DNA from: Callorhinchus milii
Taxonomy: Eukaryota
NCBI RefSeq assembly: GCF_018977255.1
Contig: NW_024704769.1
Location: 1,674,001 to 1,738,000 of the forward strand
Reading direction: 5' to 3'
DNA: 64,000 nt
Shown here piece by piece: positions 12,203 to 42,600 of this stretch. Position 1 is the first letter of the stretch. The number at the start of each line of letters is the position of its first letter. The position numbers and the translations under genes were made by a program. A model generated the notes under the pieces. It was given only the letters and a program-made list of their open reading frames with translations, did no database searches and was not told the DNA's origin.

Positions 12203-13039
12203 TGTGTGAGCACCTTAACGGGTTAAACCCGAAGCTTCCACACACAACTCCTCCGCACGGAAATTCCGTGTCAGGAATGGAATGCGCAATCTCTCCCCGG
12301 ACGGACGCATTCCGCTAACCTAATTCCAGAGAGTATTAGGCGCAGGTTGGCAAGGAGCCAAGGTTTGGGGCCCCCCCACCCTCCCGCGAGTTTGCGTTGG
12401 GGGTGACCGCTGGAGCCCAACCAGCCAGAACCCCATTGATGTCTCTGTCTGGCCAAGCTTTCCCGCTGGTTGTCCAGCTCGGACCCCCCCCCCCCCCCAC
12501 CCCCTCCCCGCGAGCGACACGGCACCGTAACCCGTCCGAGACTGCGCGAAGGGCACTGCGTAACCGCGAGGTGTCGCATCGAAGCTTCCTGTGCACTTAT
12601 TGCGCACTGCGTTGTTCGGTCAGTTAAGTCGGTGAGTCCGTGGGGTTCCCCGTGGCTCAGGGGTTAAGAGCCCGCGCCTCGCGAGCGAGAGAGGACCCGG
12701 GTTCGATTCCCGGGCGGGTCGGGTCGGGGCGAAACATTGGGCAAGTTTCCTTACTCCCCCCCCCACACACACGCACACACACGCACACGCACGCACGCAC
12801 ACGCACGCCTCAGTAGGAACCCGATCGCCAGTCGATCGGCGCTCCGCCCGCCCGCCCGCCCGCCCGCGAAACGCACAGTCGCTACACTCCGCGGCGTCAC
12901 CCCGCGGAGCGCCCTGAGACGCCTCGAAGACGGGGCTGAGGCGCAAGGTGTCGAACGCCGGGATCGTTGGCGTCACTCCGGCCCTGACGATAGGATCGCC
13001 CGAGAAGGGGAAGGGACGGTGCTTTCAGACCCGTGAGCA

Positions 13040-13270
13040 GCTGAGCAGCTCTCTCGTCGGCGTTTGGTTAGAGCCGAGGAGAGAGCCCGAGAGGGGGGGA
13101 GTCACGTGATCGACATCTGAAACCCGGAAACTGCAAAAGTTTTGGTGTCAGTTTCGAAACCCGGAGAGAGAGAGAGAGAAAGAGAGATAGAGAGAGAGAG
13201 AGAGAGAGAGCGAGAGAGGCCAACCCCTGTGTATGGGGAGCGCAGTGAAATCGCTTTAAACTACGTCAAG
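13040..13270 (+). promoter_or_regulatory. Putative IKBKB promoter and non-coding first exon
   Basis: CpG-rich, with E-box GTCACGTGAT 13101-13110, an ETS-like CCGGAA and an AAG|GTGAGA donor at 13271; TSS not demonstrable. Confidence 0.45.
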
Positions 13271-15211
13271 GTGAGACTGAAATTCGCCCTCTCTCCCGCC
13301 CTCCCTGCGTCTATCCCCCCCCCCACCCCCTAACCCCCCCTAACCCCCCCCCCGCACCACCTCCTCAAACAGGTGCTTTGCCCAGAAAGGAGGCGTTAGG
13401 AGACGGGAGACACAACAACAGTAAACCGGGCGGAAGCCTCTCCGGGTAAGAGCTATCTCTGAATTGTGGGGTGGGGGGGGGCGCGAGTGGGGGGGCGGCG
13501 CATGGGGGGCTGAAATATAGCGAGGAGTTTAATTGTGAGCGAGGAGTGTGTGTTTCCCTGCCTCGGTCTGTGTTTCTCCCCCCCACCCCCTCCCCTTTCC
13601 CCTCTCCCCTCCCATCCCCGCCCATTCCCATTCCCATTTCCTCCTGGACCTTCTCACAGAGGTCAACACTTTTCCGTTGTAATATCTCCCAGCTCCTCCC
13701 ATCCCAAACTTTCTTTCTTCCCCCCACCCCCCCCCACCCACCCGCCCCACTGAAGTTTACACACTCCCACCCCCACCCCCCACCACTCTCTCCCCCACCC
13801 ACCCCCCCCCTCCCCACCCCACCCACCCTTCTCAGTCTCAGTCTGGCTCATTCGCGGACACTCTCGCCACCTCTCCCCCACCCTCCTGAGTCCAGGAGGT
13901 TGTGGGCTCGAGCCCCTTCCAGCCACCCGCCCCCCAACCCCCACCCCCACCCCACCCACACGTCAGGGTCTCTGAGTTCACAGTCCAGGCTGACGTACTG
14001 TCTGGAGGGTGGAGGGAGAGAGAGAGAGACGCACTGTCCTTTGGATGAGATGTTGAACCCTCCCTCACACCCCAGGCAGATGTTACAGATGTTACCGCGC
14101 CCCCCCCCCAGCGCTGTGGGAAAAGAGAAGGGCGAGTCTCTCCCTCTCTCCCGGTGTCCTGGCCAACAATCCTCAGGAGGTGGGTTGGGAGGGAGGTAAG
14201 TGGGGTTTACTCAGAGCTGAATCGAGCTCCCCCCATCCTCCCCCCCCACTCCCTCCGTGACGGTCTCGAGCCCCCGGTTCCTGAGCCGGAAGGGGCCGCG
14301 GTGTCCCGGGGCACTCGCTGCTGATGGCAGCACAGCCCGGCCCGGCTCATGGGCAGGACCTGGAAGGGCCGACCAGTCACTGGGGGCCGGGAATCCTCCC
14401 CCTCAGCTCCTGGTCACCCCACAGCCAAAGCCCTAACTCACGGGGAGGGGGGTCCGAGCCGGACAAGCAGCGGGAAAGCTCGGCCAGACAGCGACATCAA
14501 TGGCCGGAGCTGTGTGTGGGTTTAGATGGTTAGACTCCAGCAGTTACCCCAACGCACACTCTGGGGCTCCCCCTCAAGCCTTGGCTCTCGCCAACCTGCG
14601 CCTAATACTCTCCGGAATTCAGTAAGCATGATATCGGGGGGAGAGAGTGGGCATTCCAGACACGAGAATTTCCACGTGAAGGTGGCACACACGTGTGGGT
14701 CTCTCCGTCTGGGTTTCCGCGCGTGTCAGTCAGACGCCCGGCTGATCTCGGTGATCGGTTTCACATAAATACGCAGTCACTACACTTTGACAGAGAGTCG
14801 TGAAACACATCCGGGCGATGTTTTTTTCAAACGCGGGAAGTATTATTATTATCAATGATTGGAATGACTTAACGGAAAGGTGTTGCCGACATTGAGGGAG
14901 TTTTGGGTGAGGAAAAGCTGTCATATCGAATGGAAGGATTATTATTAATTATAACGTGTAGTATTTGCCCTCGTAAAACTGTGACTGTTATTCCTGAGCC
15001 TTTGCACACCGCTAGTCAGTGTCAGTGTGTAATGGGGGGGGGGGGGCGGGGGGTAGGGGAGTGTGTGTGTCGGGGGGGGGTGTGGGTGGCGTGAGGGGCT
15101 TTTAATACTTTGGTTAATGTGGTTGCATTTCTGGTGTGTTTCTTGAGTTAATTACGTGACTGGAATTCTGCGGGGATTTCGGAGGGTAAGTGGGGCGATG
15201 GGTGTGTGGTG

Positions 15212-15342
15212 NNNNNNNNNNNNNNNNNNNNNNNNNNNNNNNNNNNNNNNNNNNNNNNNNNNNNNNNNNNNNNNNNNNNNNNNNNNNNNNNNNNNNNNNN
15301 NNNNNNNNNNNNNNNNNNNNNNNNNNNNNNNNNNNNNNNNNN
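15212..15342. other. Assembly gap (131 N)
   Basis: N run. Confidence 1.
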
Positions 15343-15786
15343 GCGCCTCGTCACGTCTTCGAGACGTCCATTATTAATGATAATAATGATGGTAATCAGA
15401 ATAAAGTGAAGTGACTGTGCGTTTTGTGGGCGAAACGCGGCAGATAGTACGCGTAACAAGTCGCAGGGGCCCCAGAAACAGCCGCGGCAGAGTAGGGGAG
15501 TTCAGACCTAACCCGCGTGGGCCAAATAGGGCTACCGCCGGCCCAGGACACAATTGTCGGCCCAGGACACCAGGAGAGAGAGCGCGAGAGAGAGCGAGAG
15601 AACGAGAGAGAGAGAGAGATTCCCTTCTCTTTTACCAATGGAGATCTTTGGCACAGGGCACAGGTGGGCAGCTCAGGTTAACTTCTCCTTCCGAAGCATG
15701 GCGCCTTCCTACACGTACCCTTCCTACGCTTCCATCTCTCCACCCACCCCCACGCCAACCCCCGCCCGCACCCCCCGCCCCCTCGG

Positions 15787-15825
<39 letters not shown>

Positions 15826-16532
15826 TGACTAATATCTCCGGGCTGGAAGTGACTTGGGATCCAAGAGGAAGGCAATCTGACGTTCCTCTCTCAGTGTCAC
15901 CGGATGTGATGAGAGTGTCGGGGCACACAGTCACCCACCCCCCCCCCCATCACCCAACGTCCACCCCCGCCTCCCCAATCCCGGGCAGGAAACAGGAAGC
16001 CATCTGTATGTAGACTGCCATCGCCGGGGAGGGCAGAGAGCGAGCGAGAGAGAGAGAGAGAGGTGTGGCGTCGTGGGCTTTAACCCTTGCCAGTCAGGAG
16101 GACGTCTCAAAGCGCTGTAAAGTGTAGTGACTGTTTTTTTTTTCCGGGCAAACCCAGCAAGCAGTCGTATCTGGGGGCGCGTCTGCCGCTGCGGGAAAGA
16201 TCTTTTACACGTCCGCCTGAACGGGCCACGGATGGGAAGTGAGATTGAATGACTCATCCAAAGGACAGTGTCTCCTACATGTCACGTCCCAAACTATACC
16301 CTGTTATCCCTCCCACCCCCACCGATAGGATCTCCCCTCTCCGTTCCCTGCGGGGGATCTTTAACGTCCGCCTGAACAGGTCGCGGACGGGGAGAGTGGT
16401 GGTGATGAGGTTTCATGTCTCCTCCAAAGGATGGCACCTCGAAAATGGGGCTGGTGGGATGACGAGAGAGAGAGAGAGAGCGCGAGAGAGAGAGAGTGTG
16501 TGGAATGGAGAGAGAAAACAAGAGGGGAATAC

Positions 16533-16563
<31 letters not shown>

Positions 16564-17324
16564 GTAATAGAGAGATAGGAATGCCATCGTAGATTTGGGG
16601 AGGAAAGACGGAGTTGGATGGGGAGGAGAGAGAGAGAGAGAGAGAGAGAGGACATTAATCCCTCATCCCTGGGAATGAGGCCAGTGATGGGGAGAGAAGG
16701 AGGGGCAGCTGGTGAGCAACCCATTGTGGGGAGAGTAGGAGGGCGGCAGGATTTGAGCGAGCGAGAGTGAGACAGGCAGCACCGGACTGTCTGTCACCAT
16801 TAGTCACGGGAAGCCATTTCCTCCGGGATTGGATGATCGCAGCTGTGAGCTACGTACAGAGTCCCTCCCGGGCCCAGTGCGTGAAGCCATGACCGGATCT
16901 GTCCGTACCGCCTCGCAATTCCCGAACTGCTGTTCCCCAGGGAGAGCGAGCGAGCGAGCGAGCAAGCGAGCGCGTAGGGGGGTTCAGGCCTGACCCACGT
17001 CGGCCGAATGCGGCTACCGTCCCATCACGGTGATCCGCAGCTCAGGGGTTAGAGCCCTCGCCTCGCAAGCGAGAGAGAGGATCCGAGTGCGATTCACAAC
17101 ACACATACAGTGTAGTCCCGTGAAGCGCCTTGAGACGCCTCGACGACGTGATCAGAGCGCCGGGACAAAGGCCAGGATTATTATCAGCGTAATAATTATT
17201 AATATGACAGCGCGAAGGGGCTTCGGGACGTCCCTCCTGATGTGAGAGACGCTGTGTCAAACGGAAGGATAATTATCCTTGCTGGTTTCTGTCCCGAGGC
17301 TTGGCTGCGAGCGAGAGCGAGAGC

Positions 17325-34568
<17,244 letters not shown>

Positions 34569-35851
34569 GGAAATATCTGGAGTCTAAGATTTGCCGTGGG
34601 GGCCTCTTCTCTCCCTATCCCCCCCGACCCCCGCCCCCACCTCATGCCCCCCACACCCCCGCCCCCCCATCCACTGATGCCAACTGTCTCTAACCCTTTA
34701 TCTTGTGACCTCTTGTCAGCAGGAGCCCCCTCCACCCTTGACTATGGGCGCGCTTTGGTACCTGACAAGGGGGGCATGAATACCCTCTATCAGCAAGTGC
34801 GGGCGGGATATCTGACATGCCCTCCTCACCTGATCCCATGCTTACACACACACACTTTCCACAGAGCGATTGGCAGTGTCCCCAGCTGATTTTATTGCCT
34901 CCCCGCGCCCCCACCCCCCACCCTGCCCACCCACCTGCCCGACAACCCCTTCCTTCCTTCCTTCCTTCCTAGCCCACAGGCCAAGACTGCTCATACCGCC
35001 TTGCTGTCGTGTATCTACTCTCCAGACCGCGGTGGCCCTCCAACCATTTCCAACTTCTTTATCTGACGAGCCAATTAAGAGACTTTCACTGGGGCCCCAG
35101 GATACAACCGGCAACAGATTTATTGGCCAACCCAAGGATAAAATATTGCTGGTGCAGCCCGAGGATGTTCCTCACTCTGGAGCATCTGGCTCTCAGTGAC
35201 CAAAGGGTTGGACCAACTCTGGCTCTAGACCATCTTAGACCTCGCAGTGATAACTGGACATGGCCGGCTCTGGGTGAATAATAAAGGCAGATGGCGTGGA
35301 GGTGGCCATTGGCGAAAGACTCTGGGGTGGGTGGTGGGGCGGTGGATATATTTTTTCCTGTCCCCAAGATATTTATTTCTTCTCAACCCCTTTTGACCCT
35401 CCCATGTCAACACTCCCCCCCCAACCCCCCCCCCCACATTGGGATTGATAACCTGCCCGTAAAGTGCATCTGATTAAAACTGAGTCCGGTGGGGAGTTCC
35501 AGATACTGCCCCCCCCCCACCCCCACCCCCCCCCCACTCCTCCCAGGCAAGAAGGCTATTTCTCCAGTTGATCAGATGCCTTCAACCACCACCCACACCC
35601 CCACCCCCCCCCACCCCCCACTCCCCCCCCCCCCCCACACACACACACACACAGGGCAGCGGAGAACCCCCTTGGTTCAGGTCCAGTGGAAGCTAATCCT
35701 TTCTACTCGAATCTAAGCCATTTGCTGTCTTTGTCCACTTGCCGAGTTTCAGTGTTTCCTTGACGTCTCCATTGGGGGGTCGGGGGTGGGAGTGTCATTG
35801 CTTGTGTGTCCTGCCTGTACGAGAAGCAAATGTGAGTTTTATGTTCTGGAA

Positions 35852-35857
35852 ATTAAA
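35852..35857 (+). terminator. Candidate IKBKB poly(A) signal ATTAAA
   Basis: ATTAAA followed by a T-rich stretch; an alternative AATAAA lies at 35280-35285. Confidence 0.35.
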
Positions 35858-35968
35858 ATAGGATTTTAAGTTTTACTTCGAGCAAAGCCTGTAATTGCCC
35901 GTCCAGCAAACCCGAAGCTCATCGCCGCTCGTTGTCATTAACAACAATAATAATCCTTGCGTTCGATA

Positions 35969-36115
35969 CATAAGAACATAGGAAATAGAAGCAGGAGTAG
36001 GCCGTTCAGCCCCTCGAGCCTGTGCCCTGCCATTTAATAAGATCATGGCTGATCTACTAACCTAATTCTATTTACCCGCCCCATCCCCATATCCCTTAAT
36101 CCCTTTAGTTTTTAA
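35969..36115 (-). mobile_element. CR1 3' end nested in a SINE tail
   Basis: CATAAGAACATAGG...GGCCGTTCAGCCCCTCGAGCCTG splits a SINE tail between TTCGATA and CAACGCCTTGTCACGTC. Confidence 0.7.
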
Positions 36116-37074
36116 GCGCAACGCCTTGTCACGTCATTGAGACGTCTCAAAGCCCTTCACAGGATATACTGTAAAGTGCAGTGACTGTGTGTTTTGGGGG
36201 CAGCCAAGTCCGCGTCTTATAGCAGCAGCGTCCCCACAAAGAGCCGTGGAGCGAGTGACTTCACTTTATATGGGGGATTGTCAGCCGGGACCCCCCGAGA
36301 GAGAGAGAGACGCCCTTCTCTTTTCAAACAGTGCCGTGGGATCTTTAACGTCTGCCTGAACAGGCATGACAGACTCTTGGTTTCAAAGGCTTATCTGGGA
36401 TTATCATCATCATAATAATAATAATAATGATAATACTCCCAGCTGCAGGCTAATTTGTACAAGTTTAACATTACCCCAGAGATCGGTTTGGATGACACAC
36501 TGTTGACATTATTAAAGTGGACCTTTCGGCCGGCCCATCCGTTCTCACCAGCTACCATTCCCCGCATCGCAGCGTCAAGCTGCTTTTTTTTAATGAGACA
36601 AAGTGCCTTCTCTTTCCCCACGTCAGCCGAGAGTGCGAGCTCCGAGTCTTGAGGCGAGGGAGCAAAACAACTGAGACGCGATTGCCTAAAGGATGGGGAA
36701 GACTATACGACCACGATTTCCGGAGACAATTTCCGGATGAGGTATTGTGTCTCTCGCCCTGTCTTGAGTTCAGCAACAAACTGTGGAAGACTTAACAACA
36801 ATAATAATCCTTGCATTTGATATAGCGCCTTATAAATAAATGCAAGTTGTTGTCTCAAACCCCTTTCACAGAATATACTGTGAAGTGAACAAATTGACTG
36901 CCTTTTGGGGCCGAAACTCGGCAGTCAATCGCACAACAGCAGTATCCCACAAACAGTCGTACAGTGAGTGACCAAATTATTATTATTTATCATTATTGTT
37001 TTTAACAATAATATTAATTATAAGAAACGGAGGAACATCTCAGAGAAACACAGCCAACAATGCAAACCGACGGT

Positions 37075-37670
37075 AACAACAACAACACTTACATTGGTGT
37101 AGCACCTTTCACGTCCCAAGGTGCTGGACAGTCAGTGTTTTGGACCCGAGCTGGGGGCGGGGGTCAGGATCGGGGAGGGTGCAGGGATGGGCGGGGGGTG
37201 GGTGGGGGGGGAAGGAGAGTGACCAAAAGCACGTAGAAAAGGAGAGTCTTGAGATGGGTCTTGAAGGAGGCAAGGGAAGGGGGCGAGGAGGAGTTCCAGA
37301 GGTTGGGGGTAGAGTGGCTGAAGGCCAATGGTGGGGCAGGCCAGGCAGGGGACTTGAAACAGGCCGGTGCCCGCTGAGCGGAGCAAGTGGGCAGGATGGT
37401 AGGGGGTTAGGAGGTTGCAGAGGTAGGGGGGGGGAGCGAGGCCATGGAGGGGTTTGAAGGTGAGGACCACGATCTCTGTGTGATGGGAAGCCGGTGGAGT
37501 GGGGCGAGGATGGGGGTGATCGGGTCACAGAGCCTGGTGAGGGAGAGGACATGGGCTGCAGAGTTCTGGGTTGGGGCGGCCTGGATGTTTTGAAGGCGTC
37601 TATGAGGGTCTCGACGGCCTACGGTGTGAGACAGTGGCGGAGCTGGGCGATGTTGCGGAGATATGCCCCC
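37075..37670 (-). mobile_element. L2 LINE 3' fragment
   Basis: Decayed ORF2 C-terminus (QNSAAHVL...DPITPILAPLHRLP...LTFKPLHGLAPP.YL) plus 3' tail ending in (GTT)n. Confidence 0.8.
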
Positions 37671-37699
37671 CACATATTCACCCGGACTAAATTCCGTGC

Positions 37700-38032
37700 C
37701 CGTATCTCACGCGTTCTGGCCACTGGCTCCACTGGCTCCCCATCCTGAACGGATCGACTTCAAGATCCTGACACTCGTGGTCAAATGCCTTCACTCTATG
37801 GCACCTCTCTCCCTACCTCCCCGACTTCCTCACCCCCCACCCCAATCCACCAACCCGGATCAGCGCCTCCGCTCGACTGACTCATCCCTCGCACCCTCCG
37901 CCCCACCCGCGTAGGTCGCGCTTTCAGCCTCTACGCCCCGAAACTCTCCCTCAATCCCGCCGCCTTGCCCCCACCCCCCACTCCCCTCGTTCAAGTCCCT
38001 CCTCCTGAAAACTTTCCTCTTTGACCGTGTTT
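37700..38032 (+). mobile_element. L2 LINE 3' fragment
   Basis: HWLP..ERIDFKILTLVVKCLHSMAP-like ORF2 remnant. Confidence 0.75.
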
Positions 38033-38490
38033 ATACATTATTGTATTATTCTTATGTTATTCATATATTATTCTTATATTTTATTATTATATATTCTTAT
38101 ATTATTTTTATATTACTATATTTTATTATTATATTCTTATGGTATTATATTCTTATATTATATTATTATATTATTATATTATCATATTATTATATTATCA
38201 TTATATTATATAATTATATTATCATCATATTGTATTTTTATGTAATTATATTCTTATATTATCATTATATTATAATATAATATTATCATCATATTATATT
38301 ATATAATTATATTATAATTATATTATACAATTATATTATCATTATATTATATTGTCATAGAATTATATAATTAATTTATATTATAATATTATAATACAAT
38401 AATAATATAATTATGTAATTCTATGTAATTATATAATTATCATTATATTATTATTGTATTATATTATATTATATTATAATATATATATAT
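38025..38490. repeat. Nearly pure AT low-complexity tract
   Basis: (TAT/ATT)-based, with very few G/C. Confidence 0.95.
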
Positions 38491-38499
38491 GTGAGTGAG

Positions 38500-38931
38500 T
38501 GATTCCTGATTTGCTTTACAAACATGTGGTCCCTTTACAGTGCAGAGAAGGGGGGACGCGGTTTCCAGGGCGACGCGTGGGTCCGCCCCCCGCGACGTGG
38601 TGACGCAACGCGCAGCGGCGACGCGGTCGCTATGGCGACGCTCCATCGGCAGCTTTCGACGGTGACGCAAGACGCAGCGTGCGCGCCGCGTCGGGGGGCA
38701 GTGGGGGGCGGGGCTACGTGATCGTGCGTGAAGACGGTTGGCGACTGACTTGCAGGCGGCAGCGGCGGGTGAGTTGAGTGTGTGAGTGGGAGCGGCCCGC
38801 GGGCCAGTGGCGGCCCGCGCGACAGGCTCAGGGTGCAGTCTCTGCCCCCCCCCCCCCCCCGACCTCCCTGACCCCCCCCTCACGCTCCGGCTCCCCGCAG
38901 CGCTGACTGACAGGCCCGTCTCCATAGCAAC
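38500..38931 (+). promoter_or_regulatory. ENKD1 CpG-island promoter with RFX X-boxes; non-coding exon ending at 38768
   Basis: X-box-like GTTTCCAGGGCGAC 38561-38574, GTCGCTATGGCGAC 38626-38639 and GTCTCCATAGCAAC 38918-38931; CGG|GTGAGT donor at 38769. Confidence 0.65.
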
Positions 38932-39600
38932 TGCGGTGCAACGCCACAGCGACGTCAATCCGGCCCGCGGGCCAATCCGGCCCGCGGATCAGTGGGACAC
39001 TAGCAACTTCCCACCCCCCCCACTCCCCCTCCCCCTCAACCCATTGCGCCCCCTCCAACCCTCCCCCTCCTCCCCCAACCCCCCCCCCCGTAACGTTGCA
39101 TCGAGGTCTCTTGCGGGACGTCGCCCACAAGACACAGGGTCGACGACGACAACAACTTACATAGCGCCCTCCACGCAGGGCAGCGTCTCAGAGCGCTTAA
39201 CAGTGGCGCAGCCTGACTCCGAGCCGAGAGTGGTGGTGGGTGGGGGGGGGGGAAGCGGGGGTGGGGTGTGGGTGGGGGGGGGGGGGGGATGTGGCCGTAA
39301 ACACCGGTGCGTTTTTCACTCGGCGCCTCATCACGTCTCCGAGACGTCTCAAAGCGCTTCGCGGGATACAGTGTACCGTGGAGCGCCTCAAAGGACCCCA
39401 ATTGCTCCCGCAGCAGCATCCCGTCCCCCCCACCCACCGCCCCCACAAACCCCCCACCCCCCACCCCCCACCGCCGCCCCCCGAAAGTGAAGTGACCGAA
39501 ACACTCCGGGCGGAAAGAAAATTCCTCTGCGTACGACTCGCCCTAAACCCACCCAACCCCCCCCCCCCGCGTCTGCCTTCCAGCCCGTCGAGGTGCAGCG

Positions 39601-39685
39601 ATGTCCGAAGGCCCTTCGAGGATCTGCGGTCCGATCCCGCCGGACGCAACGCTGTTCCCGGAGTTCTACCAGCGCCCGCTGTCAG
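39601..39685 (+). CDS. ENKD1: ENKD1 coding exon 1
   Basis: MSEGPSRICGPIPPDATLFPEFYQRPLS; acceptor at 39583. Confidence 0.94.
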
Positions 39686-42600
39686 GTGAGGTCCCCTTCT
39701 ACGCCAGGAGGTAAAGTGGCACCGTCTGTGCGGGCGGCGGCGTCCTGTAGCCTAGTGGTCAGAGTCCATCGCGGGCGGAATGGTTTCTCCCTACCCTAAC
39801 CCCCCACCCACCCCCAACCCCCAACCCCCAACCCCGCGCCTGCACTACGCCCCCGAAACCCTGGAGCTCTCTCCCCCCAACCCCTCCGCCTCGCCCTCCC
39901 TCCCCCTCCCCACTTTCAAATCCTGCCCTAAAGACCTTCCTTCTTGGATCGTGCTTACGGTCACCAATCCCTCCCTCCCTCCCTCCCCTCCCTCCCTCCC
40001 TCCCTCAAACACCCGCTCCCCCTCCCCCCGCCACCCCCACCCGGCTCGGAGTCAGACTCCCATCAGTGTCGTGGGCTCTGGGACCGCTGCATCTTGTTGT
40101 CGTCGTCGTCATTTCACCCGCTTGTCCTTTCGTCTGCAGCTCGAGGGAGGTTAGAGGGGAACGGCCCGCAGCTGAGCTTCCTCTCCGGACCTTTAGCCCC
40201 GGACCCCACGCTCTACCCGACGTGCTACAGCGCCCGGCCCTCGCGCCCACCGCCTCGCGTGCGTTCCAATGCCCTGGACTACCTGGAGAGAGGGCAGAAG
40301 GGCACGGTGGGGATGCTGCTCCAGCTGGAGGGAGTGTCGCTGTACGGGGAATCGCCACCAAAAAGTAACCGCCACCCGTTTGGTTTCTCGGGTGGGGCGA
40401 TAACTGTGGGCTGCGCAGTCACGAGCCTGGGGAGACGCTGCTGTGCCCGTTTCGCCCGGCAAATGCAGTCACTACACCTTACGGCGTATCCCCCGTGAAG
40501 CGCTTTGGGACGTCTCTAAGACGCGATGAGGCGCCGGTGCCAAACGCCAGGATTATTATTGTTATTTATTACACGATGCTGGAGACGTAGGTTTTGCTCT
40601 GATGCCGTCGGGCGTGCGGTGTTTCAGTGCGCGAGCGAGGTGTGGCCGGGTGGGGTGGTGGGGGGAGAATTGGGGGAGGGGGGAGGCTGTGACGGGCACT
40701 CGTGGGACCTCGTTTGACCGGCGACTCGCTCTCCCCCCCCGTAGAGAAGGAACCGAAGGATCACGAGAAGGAGAACCTGAGACGCATGCGGGAGATCCAG
40801 AGGAAGTGCCGGGAGAGGGAGCTCGAGCGGGGGCTGAGTGGGCCCAAACCGGTCAAAGCTCTGTGGAAATCCCAGAAGTACCAGACCGTCCCTTCCAAAG
40901 TCATGGCACAGCTCCAGGTAAATCATTATTATTATGTTATTAATATCAAAGGAATAATAATAATCCTTCCGTTTGACCCAGCGCCTTGTCACGTCGTCGA
41001 GACGTCCCGAAGGACGCACACTGTAAGGCGTGGCGGCCGTGTATTTCGTGGGCGAAACGCGGCAGCCAATTGCTCCCAGCGGCGACCCCCCCCCCACGAA
41101 CAGCCGTGGGTTGAGTGACCACATTATTATTATTATCTTGAAGGACGCATAATAAATGCAAGATGTTGCATTATCCCCAGAAAGCGATCCCCCAATCGAC
41201 TAACAACCGGGGTCCCTGCTGACTGTTAGGTAAACAGAGGCGTGTGGGTGGGGGTGTGGGTGGGGGGGGTGCGTGCGGGTGAGGAAACTCGCCCAACGTT
41301 TCGCCCTGACCTGACCCGCCCGGGAATCGAACCCGGGTCCTCTCGCTCGCGAGGCGAGGGCTCTAACCCCTACGTTATGGGGTCTCCACATTTTGTCGAC
41401 AAACCGTGGCATTCTCACCTGCTCGAGAGACACCGACAACGCCCTGAAAACTCCGCCCGGCTCAGCGCCGACTCGCCCGTTTAACGTTCGTCCTCTCGAA
41501 TCCACAGGAGTTCTTGCCCCCCAAACACCCAGAGAGTCATCACAGCTACCTGAAGGCACACTCACGGTGTGGCACTGGCCTTACTCCGACCCGCTGCCCC
41601 TCCCCAAGCCCCCCCAAGGCGGAGTCTTCGATCGAAGCGGTGGAACCCGCCATCGCAGAGGTGGGTGGGAGTTATTCTGCGTCGCCCGTTTAAGTGTGTG
41701 CCTTGTTAATGCTGAACTTCCCCGCTTCCTTTACCCCTCCTAAAGTTTGGGTCCAAAACGTACCTCTTTTGGTCATCGTTTCCCCCCTAACCCGGACCCC
41801 TTCTTCCCCAACCTCAGTTCCCATCCCATCCAGTGTTTGTGAAGCGCTTTATAATAAATAATAATAATAATCTTTACATTTGATACAGCGCCGTATCTTA
41901 CGAGACGTCTCAAAGCTCCTCATAGGACACACTGTAAAGTGAATTGACCGTGTATTTTGCATGGGCGAAACGTGTAGCGTGGTGATGTGTAGCGACTGTC
42001 TACTTTGCGGCTCTGAGGCGTCCTCCCTCCCGAAGGTGGAAGCTGTGTAAGTTGTCTGACGCTTTTCCATTTTTCAGATTCAAGTCAAAGGCGTCAACGT
42101 GGACTTTGTCAGACGCAACGCACAGAACGCAAAGAGAATGCCAGTACGGCGTTCCAAGTCGCTGCAGTGTCTGTCCGACGTGCTGGAGAGGAAACAGAAA
42201 GAGCAAGAGGACTACATCACCAAGAACAAGGGGCATCTGCCGCAGTAGTACGTGGAATAAGATCTTTGCGCTTTGGTATTCTTTATGGGACATTCTCCTT
42301 TTTTTCTCTCTCTCTCTGTCCCTTTCCTGGAGTTCCCTGTAGCTCAGTGGTTAGAGCCCTCGCCTCGCAAGCCAGAGGACCCGGGTTTGATTCCCGGGCG
42401 GGTCAGGGCCAAACTTTAGGCAAGTTTCCTTACTCCACACATGCACATGCATTACCTAATCTGTATTATCTAGCAGGAAATAGGACTAATCCGGTTGTTA
42501 GTCGATTGGCGGATCACTTTCCGGGATAAAAATCCCTCCAAACAAAAATTCCACAACAGTTAATATGACGTACGAGAAGTCCGGGGTGCAGGCAAGCTAG

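Noticed and set aside
13233-13259. uORF MGSAVKSL in the putative IKBKB first exon
   Set aside because: Weak Kozak context, and the exon itself is only inferred
38955-39000. hAT-like subterminal motif CCGGCCCGCGGGCCAATCCGGCCCGC
   Set aside because: No terminal inverted repeats, partner end or 8-bp TSD could be found; may be GC-rich coincidence
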